From the NCBI GenBank assembly GCA_950097015.1, contig CATNEN010000038.1, forward strand, positions 15,748,001-15,812,000: 64,000 bases of DNA, given 5' to 3'. Position numbers and translations under genes: made by a program. Within the stretch, counting starts at the first letter, position 1, and the number at the start of each line of letters is the position of its first letter. The notes under the pieces were generated by a model. It had not been told where the DNA came from and searched no databases. It saw only the letters and a program-made list of their open reading frames with translations. This stretch comes from Macrostomum hystrix (Eukaryota; Animalia; Platyhelminthes). This document shows positions 39,579 through 50,410 of the stretch, one piece after another.

Positions 39579-41387
39579 TTATTTCCGAATGTGTGACCGC
39601 AGCAGCAGCAGCAGCACAGCGGTGGCTCCGAAGCCGACGCCGACGCCCAAGCCTAAGCCGGCGAAGAAGATGACAACGTGCGACTGGTGCTTAAGCTCAC
39701 GCAGCAGGCGAGCAGTAAATCTGAGAATGTGTGCTCTAGCCAGGTATACTAAGAAGTACTTGGCCAGAAGAAAGCATTGACGCTCAGGATTGGACAGGCC
39801 CTGTCTGATAATTTCGCGCATTAGACAGATGACAAAGTACTGCACTCGAACAAAGCCGTTTAGATCGTAGGTCTCGTGAAAAACCTTCTCTAGTTCGTCC
39901 TCTAGCTGATCGTAACTATAGAAGGAAATGCGAAATAAACATTTTTATTGAGAATTTATGTTTCATCCTGCATTTAGGTGAGTTCAGGTAATTTAGATGA
40001 GCTCAGGTAATCTAGGGTAGAATAGCTAATCTATTGATAAGCACAGGTAGTCTAGGTGAGCACAGGTAATCTAGGTGAGCACAGGTAATCTATAGATAAG
40101 TACAGGTAATCTAGGTGAGCACAGTTAATCTAGGTAAGCAAAGGTAATCTAGGTGAGCACAGGTAATCTATAGATAAGCACAGGTAATCTAGGTGAGCAA
40201 AGGTAATCTAGTTGAGCACAGGTAATCTAGGTGAGCAAAGGTAATCTAGTTGAGCACAGGTAATCTAGGTGAGAATAGCTAATCTATTGATAAGCACAGG
40301 TAATCTAGGTGAGCAAAGGTAATATAGTTAAGCACAGGTAATCTAGGTGAGCAAAGGTAATCTAGTTGAGCACAGGTAATCTAGGTGAGCACAGGTAATC
40401 TATAGATAAGCACAGGTAATCTAGGTGAGCACAGGTAATCTATAGATAAGCACAGGTAATCTAGGTGAGCACAGGTAATCTATAGATAAGCACAGGTAAT
40501 CTAGGTGAGCACAGGTAATCTATAGATAAGCACAGGTAATCTAGGTGAGCGCAGGTAATCTATAGATAAGCACAGGTAATCTAGGTGAGCACAGGTAATC
40601 TATAGATAAGCACAGGTAATCTAGGTGAGCACAGGTAATCTATAGATAAGCACAGGTAATCTAGGTGAGCGCAGGTAATCTATAGATAAGCACAGGTAAT
40701 CTAGGTGAGCGCAGGTAATCTATAGATAAGCACAGGTAATCTAGGTGAGCGCAGGTAATCTATAGATAAGCACAGGTAATCTAGGTGAGCGCAGGTAATC
40801 TATAGATAAGCACAGGTAATCTAGGTGAGCAAAGGTAATCTAGGTGAGCAAAGGTAATCTAGGTGAGCGCAGGTAATCTATAGATAAGCACAGGTAATCT
40901 AGGTGAGCAAAGGTAATCTAGGTGAGCACAGGAAGTCAAGGTAAGCACAAGTACTTAAAAAATAAATATTCATTACTAACTACTGATAAATTACTACTGA
41001 CTTGTTAATGCGGCCACGCCGGACGAAGTCGTCAGCAAAATTGCGCAGCGTAACAGCATTCTGCGAGGTGGCAAAACTGTTTGCAAGGTTTCTCAATGTA
41101 TTGCCAACGTCGCTACCGGTCAAGGTCTGTTGGGCTCGCTGGTCGAAATCCTGAGGCGCGTTAACCACCTGTCTAGCCGCTTCGGTGGTGATTCTGTCTC
41201 CGTTGGGCACCTCGGAGAAGGTCGCTAGAATGCCAGCAGATGCTTCAAGAACTACTCGCTCATCTGGACTGAGTTGCTCATAATCGAAACTTGGCACAGT
41301 CGGTATGTTCTCATTGTTCTGATCGGCTTCCTGTTCGCCGCGTTCGGTAAACTGCTGCTTGTCATCAGCTGCCGACTCCTCAGCCAT
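39579..41387 (-). CDS. Divergent Bcl-2-family protein 1 (BH3-like and BH1-like segments, C-terminal TM), 2 exons
   Basis: Exons 41387-41002 and 39915-39579 (phase 2). LRNLANSF / LRNFADDF (BH3-like); ELEKVFHETYDLNGFVRVQYF (BH1 position); TM tail VVIFFAGLGLGVGVGFGATAVLLLLL-RSHIRK. Paralog of the gene at 42924. Confidence 0.7.
39975..40945. repeat. 19/23-bp minisatellite (GAGCACAGGTAATCTAGGT) with a 42-bp higher-order dimer, in the Bcl-2-like 1 intron
   Basis: Directly visible. Confidence 0.95.
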
Positions 41388-41504
41388 TGTCTCATTGACT
41401 GCTGAAATGATGACGGTTCGATTCGTTTGTTAAATTGGACGAGCTGGGATGGAGCCAGACCACAATCTGGGTTTTACTCGTAGATCCCAACGCGGTGATC
41501 CCAA

Positions 41505-41650
41505 CGTGTGAGTGTGTGCCTGCGTACAGTATCTGTGTGCGTGTGTGCTCGGGAGTCAGCGAAATGGGCAGAATTGCCTCCTCGCTGGCTGCGGGTCTAG
41601 TGTCACGAAGTGAATTGCCATTGCCCGCAGCCCTACTGAAATTATATATT
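41505..41650 (+). mobile_element. SINE family A, 3' fragment
   Basis: Matches the tail of the copy at 42510. Confidence 0.82.
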
Positions 41651-42509
41651 TATTTTTTTCCAAGGATTTAACTAATCTGAAAGCATTTAGATCCCAATTA
41701 AGAGATCTATATCATAGTTGATCCTAATCTACAGATATTGACGGATGCAAATTCTGATTTTGGTAACCCTTAGAGGGACTAAATCTAAATCTGAGGATCT
41801 TGCGAAAACTCTGAAAAACCTTAATATACTAAGGTTCACGCAAACAAGAAAAAAATATTCGTATAATGCTGACTTACCAGCAAAGCAGAAAATGTACTCG
41901 CAAACGAGGCACTGATATGTCATTTTTATTTGAAAATCTCAAAAGCAGTTAAAAACAGGAGTAAGCAAAACTCGTCTTTTGTAAACAATGAGAAAAAATA
42001 ATGATCAAGCAAATCAACACTTGAATAAGCGGTATTTAGCAAAATTATGAAAAGCCTTCATTGCACAAATTTATGTCTAACAATAAAGCAGAAATACAAT
42101 GTATTTTAAATCATAAAAACTTTGAAAAAATTGGCATAACTTAAACTTAAACATTGAGCTTAAGCCCATTAGAAAAATGGAGAAATTAAGACGCCAATTT
42201 AGCCGCAATATATAAGCTCTTTGTCACATACATGACGAACCTTGAATATACGAGTAGTGTTGGCTATTAGTTAAATAAGAAAGTGTGCTTCGTAAACAAG
42301 CACTATAAGCGTTCCATTTAACAGTTCGATCTGTAAGCAGAGTTTCTTATATAATTTGACACTTACGAAATATTACTCATAGTTACGAATTAGAGTGCAC
42401 AAACAATATTTATTTAATTCGTCATACAATTTCTGCGAATCACTAGTTACTAGTCACTAACTAATCGTTAGTTACCCGCTAGTTACTATCACTAACTAGT
42501 TACTCACGT

Positions 42510-42866
42510 GGTCGGTGGCAGAGCGGTCTAACGTGTTTGCCTTTCGCACCAAGGTCCCTGAGCTCGATTCCGCGGCGGAGCCACATTCATTTGTGGCGCA
42601 GCCGCGAAGAGAAGGCTTGGGGGCCTGTCGTGCAATTTACGCCTTTGAGTGCCAACCTCCAAGGCACAGTGAGAGTGTACACTGCCTGACGATGAGAAAG
42701 TCAGGGCAGATGTACACGGCGTGTACAAGCGTGTGCCTGCGTACAGTATCTGTGTGCGTGTGTGCTCAGGAGTCAGCGAAATGGGCAGAATTGCCTCCTC
42801 GCTGGATGCGGGTCTAGTGCCACTAAGTGAATTGCCATTGCCCGCAGTGCAATTATTATTATTATT
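42510..42866 (+). mobile_element. SINE family A, full-length copy
   Basis: GGTCGGTGGCAGAGCGG (A box), GAGCTCGATTCC (B-box-like), hairpin-rich body, (ATT)n tail. Confidence 0.88.
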
Positions 42867-42923
42867 AACTAATCCCTAGTTACCCTGCTAGTTACTCGCC
42901 CAACAGACAGGGCAGCAGGCCAA

Positions 42924-44203
42924 TCACTTCCTGGACCGGAGAACAAAGAATCCCACAACGGCGCAGGCAGCGGAAGCCACAGCCAAGCCAGTCAGGAAGC
43001 TCAGAACGGCCACCCGGCGCTTCTGATCCAGGGTGCGAAACAAATTAGCCACGAACTTGATAACATTGACCAGCAGGTAAGCCAAGAAGGCGTACACCAG
43101 CTGCTTGCAGAGCTCCTTGAAGCCGGACTCACCCTGCTCACTGTAAGCTCTCTGTAGCAGCCTGGCAACAAAGTGGAACAGGGCCACAAACGATTCGATA
43201 TTGTAGCCGCTGTGGAACAGGCTCTCCAGGATGGCGGTGAAGCCGGCAGGATTAGCGGCCAGGGTCTGCAAATCGGCCTCGGCGGCCAACCGGTTGGCCT
43301 GCGTGCCCTGGCGCGAGACGCGGAATTCGTCGGCCAGCTGAAGCATGGCCTGGCCTAGGCTGCTGTTGCTCAGCTGGGACCCAGGAGTCGATCGGAGAAG
43401 CCTGTTCACCTGAGAGAGACACTTGCCCATTTACCATCTAGCATTAAACTGGTGTACATCAACCGACTGTCTTCTATCTAGCCTTCAATGCACGCATTAA
43501 TTCTCAGTATGCAATGTAAATTTCCTTACAACCGTCACTATTCAATGTGCATATGCCCTACAACCTCACTCCTCAATGTACACATGCCTACAACCCCACT
43601 CCTTAATGTACATATGCCTACAACCCCACTCCTTAATGTACATATGCCTAAAACCCCATTCCAAAATGTACATATGCCCTACAACCTCACTCCTTAATGT
43701 AGATATGCCTACAACCCCACTCCTTAATGTACATATGCCCTACAACCTCACTCCTTAATGTAAATATGCCTACAACCCCACTCCTTAATGTACATATGCC
43801 CTACAACCCCACTCCTTAATGTACATATGCCCTACAACCCCACTCCTTAATGTACACAAGGCCTAAATCCCACTCGTCAATGTACATATGGTTGATAGTC
43901 TGAATTCCAAAAGCAAAAACAACCTGGAACACGCAATCCTCTCTCTTAGTCAAGCAAACTTACTTCATTAGAATCTCCTAGAAGTTCCCTACTAGCAGTC
44001 TCGGCCTCGGCTTCCGCTTCATCATTAACACTGGGCGGCAGGGACATGCGCTCGAGATTGTAGCGCAGCAGGTCGTAGCTCAAGCCGAAGGCGGCCCTTT
44101 CCTCGGTCTGCAAGCTTTCAAAGCTGGGCACACGCGGAATGGAAGTTTCTAGAAGGGTGGCGTCACCATCGGACGAGGCCGCTGGTTTAGAGTCTTTCAC
44201 CAT
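42924..44203 (-). CDS. Divergent Bcl-2-family protein 2 (Bak/Bax-like layout), 2 exons
   Basis: Exons 44203-43964 and 43409-42924 (phase 0). LGQAMLQLADEF (BH3-like); FTAILESLFHSGYNIESFVALFHF (BH1-like); TM tail VAVLSFLTGLAVASAACAVVGFFVL-RSRK. Confidence 0.78.
43545..43890. repeat. 33/34-bp minisatellite in the Bcl-2-like 2 intron
   Basis: (AATGTACATATGCCCTACAACCCCACTCCTT)n variants. Confidence 0.92.
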
Positions 44204-44252
44204 GACTTGCCGCGGAAACTGACGCTGAAAAGAGTTTTGAATTTGCTTTTGA

Positions 44253-44306
44253 GCTGGGATTCGAACTCCGGACCTCTCGGTTAGGTGTCCGAAGCTTTAA
44301 CCACTG
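44253..44306 (-). mobile_element. Short tRNA-like SINE head fragment
   Basis: Reverse complement CAGTGGTTAAAGCTTCGGAC...GAGGTCCGGAGTTCGAATCCCAG. Similar fragments at 60211-60255 and ~58407. Confidence 0.5.
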
Positions 44307-45716
44307 GGAAAAACGTATAACTTTATTCTCCCATTAGTCATATCTTAAAATGGCAAATAAAAATTAAGCACAAGCACGCGTCAATCACATTGGCAAAATG
44401 ATATAATTAACACAAAACAGTCTTTGTAATTGTTGATGCTTAGAAACATAAAATTCAATCTTCTTCGAAATTGGCCTTTTTATGTACCAAATATAGCAAT
44501 ACAATACAGAAATCGAAACTAACTTTAATAAGTAGCTGAGCAAAAAACACGCATTTAGCTCTCGGGCAGCTATTAGTATGCTTATGAACAACCACAGTGA
44601 AAAAATACTTTTTCGTGAGGTTTTCGTCCTTTGCGAGTGTACACTGAGGAGTGACTGAGGAGTTTTGATTGGTCCAGAGCAAGAGAGCACTAAGGAGTGA
44701 GTGGGGATTGGTCCAGGGCTAGTGTACACTGACGAGTGAGTGGGGATTGGTCCAGGGCTAGTGTACACTGACGAGTTAGTGGGGATCGGTCCAGGGCGAG
44801 TGTACACTGACGAGTGAGTGGTAAAAGTGAGTAACAAAGGAGTTATATTGGATAGTTTAAGACTTAATAGGTGTTTATGGTTGCAATACGCATTTTTAGT
44901 CACTTCTTAGCTGATTTACACAGGCGAGTAAATTTGTATGATTAACAAGCACGCTATCTAGTTGCCAGGTAAAGCATAATTACATCACAGCCGGGGTAAA
45001 TCAATTATAAAATATTAAAAACCAGATAGTGTACAATCATGGCTTAATAAGAGACGTTCTTTTATTTTTTTGGATTTTTAGGATGAATTTAAAGAAACTA
45101 TGTGTCATAATAAGTTGTCATTTCTTTTTATGAAGCACCACGAAAATATTTATAACTCTTTCTAGTTCATTATAAAAAAGAGAATAGAAATCTAAAAGCA
45201 ATATTGCATATAAGAAAACATATTTTCGTGTTATAATTCTGATAACAAAGGCGAGCCTGATATGCTTATAACTAACATTTTTAACAGGTAAAGAGAAGAA
45301 ACACAATTGCTAAAAAATGGCGCCAAATTTAACCAATTTGGCAGGGAAATTTAAAGCTAAATTTAAGGTAGAAACGTCAGCATATACTAAGTTGAGGACA
45401 GTTATCAAAAGGGCAGTTTTAACAGTCCTTAGTTCCCATTTGAGCAGCCAGAATAGCCGCCGTTTGAGCAGTCTTTGAGCTGCCATTTGAGCAGTTCTTG
45501 AGCTGCCATTTGAGCAGTCCTTGAGCTGCCATTTGAGCAGTTCTTGAGCTGCCATTTGAGCAGTCATCTAAACAATCGATTAATAAGAACTAATGGACCC
45601 TTTGTGCAGCAAAAAGGCTAGGTCGTTGGAAAAAAATATGACCTGAATTCTATAGAAAAAGCAAATCATCTTCTAAACGAGTCATTCGAATTCTAAGAAA
45701 AAAACAAAACATCATT

Positions 45717-48462
45717 TCAAACGTAGCTTCCAGGCGACCAGGCACCGATCCGCGCATCGCAGGCCAGCTTAGGCGAGAACGAATGCGGCAAATCCCTGAG
45801 CTGCGGATGCAGGCGGACTCCGGACAGCACCTCGTTGAACAGCAGGTGAGAAGGCACAAAAGCGCTGATGTACAGTCGATGGCGCTGCGGGTCGCTCAGT
45901 CGCAGATGCTGCACGGCAGCTCGGAGCTGACCGGCGAGGTGTCCGACAGCGTCAGCCTCTGTCCGACAGTAGATATTCAGCACCAGGTGAAGGCCGCCCA
46001 CTGGGACTGAGGTCCAGTTGGCGATGCTCACGCCGGTCACCTCGCCAGCGGGCACTGGGCCCGGCTCCGAGAAACTGGCCATCACCTTGGAGATATTTTA
46101 TGTTTTAGTGTACCTTGTCAACTGGTTAGTTGGTTTCTGAACCCAGATAATTGTTAAGTTTGAAGATATCAAATAATTGGGTGGGGTTCAAGAGGCCAGA
46201 TAATTGGGTGGGGTTAGACAGCCTGGATAATTGGGTGGAGTTAGACAGGCAGGATAATTGGGTGGAGTTAGACAGGCAGGATAATTGGGTGGAGTTAGAC
46301 AGGCAGGATAATTGGGTGGGGTTAGAGAGGCCAAACAATAGGGTGGAGTTTAAGAGGCCAGATAATTGAGGGGGGTTTAAGAGGCCAGAAAATTGAGTGG
46401 GGTTTAAGAGGCCAGATAATTGGGTGCGGTTTAAGAAGCTAGATAATTTGGTGGGGTTTAAAAGGCCAAACAATAGGGTGGAGTTTAAGAGGCCAGATAA
46501 TTGAGTGGGGTTTAAGAGGCCAGATAATTGGGTGCGGTTTAAGAAGCTAGATAATTTGGTGGGGTTTAAAAGGCCAAACAATAGGGTGGAGTTTAAGAGG
46601 CCAGATAATTGAGTGGGGTTTAAGAGGCTGGATAATTGGGTCGGGTTCAAGAGGCCAGATAATTGGGGGGGTTTGAAAGGCCGGATAATTGGATGGGGTT
46701 TAAGAGGACAGATAATTGGGTGAATGGAGTTTGATAGGCCAGATAATTGAGTGGGGTTTAAGAGGCCAGATGGGTTAGAGAGGTGAGGTTAGAATGGGTG
46801 GTGGTTTTAAAGAGGCCAGACAACTGAGAGCAAATCAAGAGTTATCTGGCCTTTAGTGAATATTTATAACACGAGTAAATACAGACTTACCTGTTGCAAA
46901 AATCTATTCCATATTTGCAAGTTTCCCTTAGAAAATATTAGGGATTCCTTGGCTATGAGCAAGTGCTGTTCAGGTTTAAAAAGCCGATTTTCTGTGCCAC
47001 TGCAGACAGCCTCGGAGCTCAGAAAATCTACCGCGTTAGGCACTAGCTTGGGTTCATTGAGACTAGGCTTATTGTCTTCGAATTTCCTAGCCAAAGCGGC
47101 TAGATTATCCGCTGTACACTCAAATCCTAATTGTTGATTGTGTAGTACTACTTTTAGTATGCTCTGACGATTTTCAAAGAAGCGCCGAGTGTAAACTGGC
47201 AGATTGTACACGCCGCTACAGCCCGCCAAGCTGTGCAGCCTTGGCTGGAGGTGCTCAAACAGTGTTTGGGTTGCCAGGGACATTAGGCCGCAGTCGCGCA
47301 GACCGGCTATGGTGCGACCTCCGCCGAATGACAAATTTCGCCCGGCTTCATTGACGATGGCGTAGACGAAAGTCAACTGGGGTGTGTGTTTTTTAAATGG
47401 ATATTTACTTTTGTCTAGCCGTAAAATACAAAATTATTTACAAAATAAAGATGACCTATTTCTTTGCTAAAATACTAAATCTAAGTTGGGCCAAGAGGTT
47501 TCTGAATTCGGCACCATTAACACTCACAACATCTTTCGCCTGTCTAAACTCTCACCTGTCTGAACTCTCACCTGTCTGAACTCTCACCTGTCTGAACTCT
47601 CACCTGTCTGAACTCTCACCTGTCTGAACTCTCACCTGCCTGAACTCTCACCTGCCTGAACTATCACCTGTCTGAACTCTCACTTGTCTCAACTCTCACC
47701 TGTCTGAACTCTCACTTGTCTCAACTCTCACCTGTCTGAACTCTCACCTGCCTGAACTCTCACCTGCCTGAACTCTCACCTGCCTGAACTCTCACCTGTC
47801 TGAACTCTCACCTGTCTGAAATCTCACCTGTCTGAAATCTCACCTATCTCATCTCTCCCAAGTCTCGTATCCCCCCTGCCCCATATCACCCCAGTCTAAT
47901 CTCTCCCTAGTTTCATTTCTCCCTAGTCTCAACTCTCCCCCTGTCTCATCTCCTCCTAGTCTCACCTCTCTCTAGGCTCATATCTCTCTTAAGTCTGATC
48001 TCTCCTGTCTGACTCCCAATATCGTATATCTTATTTGTCTCCAATCAATGCGGCCTGTTGTCGTATCTAGACTATCTTGTTTGTTTATTTTTCTAATCCT
48101 GCCGACCACTGTATTACAGAAGTAAGACGTACCAAATAAGTCAAAGGGCTCCACTAAACCAGACTCACAATCTTATTGTTAGCTGAGTCCAAAGCTACCA
48201 GGCCGCAGCGACTATCGTGACGAACAATATCATCGTAATAGTCCTGCATATAGTCCAATCCGTAGTGAACATCCGGCTCAATTTTGAGCACCTCCGCTTT
48301 GTCTGCTAGCGTAGCCAAACGGAATTGCACATTCTCACTGGGAATAGGAAGCTTTTTTAATTTCTTTTCAGCATTGGCGTGCAAGTTAATCTGGATCACA
48401 GGTGCGCTGCGATTACCTGTGGACAAAAACCGGCGAGCGAAAACTGCCGCTAGCGATGACAT
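45717..48462 (-). CDS. NAT16: NAT16 / histidine N-acetyltransferase-like GNAT, paralog A, 3 exons
   Basis: Exons 48462-48169, 47376-46891, 46085-45717 (all phase 0). FRLATLAD..VHYGLDYMQDYY..GLVAL..KI resembles the NAT16 N-terminus (YGGLDYL); GNAT motif A GGRTIAGLRDCGL. Confidence 0.8.
46170..46830. repeat. 27-bp minisatellite (GATAATTGGGTGGGGTTTAAGAGGCCA)n
   Basis: Directly visible, intronic. Confidence 0.92.
47538..47850. repeat. 16-bp minisatellite (CTGAACTCTCACCTGT)n
   Basis: Directly visible, intronic. Confidence 0.93.
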
Positions 48463-48579
48463 ACCGATGCCTTTGCTAAATGCTGCAACTGTTTATACGG
48501 AAATAAACTACATCTAGTGGGCTGTCTGTAAGATAATTATTCATTTCATGACCTCTTTCATTTCCATTCACTCTACTGA

Positions 48580-49565
48580 CTGTGGGGTATCTAATCTACT
48601 GTCTATGGGATATCTAATCTACTGTCTATGGGATATCTAATCTACTGTCTATGGGATATCTAATCTACTGTCTATGGGATATATAATCTACTGTCTATGG
48701 GATATCTAATCTACTGTCTAAGAATATCTAATCTACTGTCTATGGGATATCTAATCTACTGTCTATGGGATATCTAATCAACTGTCTATGGGATATCTAA
48801 TCTACTGTCTATGGGATATCTAATCAACTGTCTATGGGATATCTAATCTACTGTCTATGGGATATATAATCTACTGTCTATGGGATATCTAATCTACTGT
48901 CTATGAATATCTAATCTACTGTCTATGGGATATCTAATCTACTGTCTATGAATATCTAATCTACTGTCTATGGGATATCTAATCTACTGTCTATGAATAT
49001 CTAATCTACTGTCTATGAGATATCTAATCTACAGCCTGTGGGATATCTAATCTACTGTCTATGGGATATCTAATCTACTGTCTATGAATATCGAATCTAC
49101 TGTCTATGGGATATCTAATCTACTGTCTATGGGATATCTAATCAACTGTCTATGGGATATCTAATCTACAGCCTGTGGGATATCTAATCTACTGTCTATG
49201 GGATATCTAATCAACTGTCTATGGGATATCTAATCTACTGTCTAAGGGATATCTAATCAACTGTCTATGGGATATCTAATCTACTGTCTAAGGGATATCT
49301 AATCTACTGTATATGGGATATCTAATCAACTGTCTATGGGATATCTAATCTACTGTCTATGGGATATCTAATCTACAGCCTGTGGGATATCTAATCTACT
49401 GTCTATGGGATATCTAATGTACAGACTGTGGGATATCTAATCTACTGTCTGTGGGATATATAATTAGGTGGTATCTAACCCAATGTTTTATGACTATATC
49501 AAACCAACAATGCTTTGGGATATCAAACCTACTTACTATGGGATATCTAATCTACTGTATGGGAT
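48580..49565. repeat. 23-bp minisatellite (GTCTATGGGATATCTAATCTACT)n
   Basis: Directly visible. Confidence 0.96.
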
Positions 49566-50069
49566 TTTTAACATATTGCCCTATTTTCAAATGGTGTTAA
49601 ATAATAAAATAAAGTTTCGCGCTGTAAATGAACTAAGAATTAGATTTAAAATCTTCATTATGTTTAAAAATAACAATTAAAACTGTTTTAAAGTAAAACT
49701 CACAGAGAACAATGCTGATATAGAGGAACTGTTCACATTGACACAGTAAAATTAAAGTATTCAACATGAATGTTTAAAAGAAAACAAATCATAATATTTA
49801 AAATAGAAGTAAGTCATTTAAACAAACAATTGAAACTCAATAAAAAATTCAAGCGTCTCAAGTGACAAATCAGAATATTTGAGCACAAGACCGGTAAAGA
49901 CAATAATGAGACTACAGAAAATTAGCTCTTTCAAATTTGTTTAACGGCAATCAAGTTTTATTTTCATAAAACAAAACGCATTACATTAAGTACATTAACA
50001 TCTACACATTACCTAAACTAAAACGATGTATATTTTAGTCACAGGAACTATCTACGTGTGGTCTGTGAT

Positions 50070-50270
50070 CGGCCGCTGATTGGTCAGCAACTGATTTGCA
50101 GGCATTCGATTCGTATCTGATTGGCCAGCCTTAGATCTGGCTCCGATTTGTCATTCTAACATCGGTTTGTGATTGGTCGACTACCTCATCAGGGCAACCA
50201 TTGGACAGCCTTAGTTCATTGACTTTTCATTTGAGCCTCCTCTCTCCTTCCAGCTCTCTGATTGGCTGTT
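50070..50270 (-). promoter_or_regulatory. Cluster of CCAAT boxes (putative NF-Y promoter)
   Basis: TGATTGG at ~50077, ~50118, ~50170 and ~50259, plus CATTGG at ~50199, within 200 bp of non-repetitive sequence. Confidence 0.45.
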
Positions 50271-50410
50271 AGCTGAGTGCAGCGAATTTCTTTACCCCCT
50301 TCTGTCGGGCTATCGGCTGCAGCTCCAACTCTGTAAACTTTTACTAAAGTACACAGCCAGGTTAAAAAGGAGAAAAGTATTTCCTGTCAATAAATTTTTT
50401 TCGATTCGAT

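Noticed and set aside
42685-42706. Hammerhead in SINE A (CTGACGA-TGA-GAAA-GTC)
   Set aside because: There is no room for stem II or stem III; the sequence is better explained as a simple hairpin loop.
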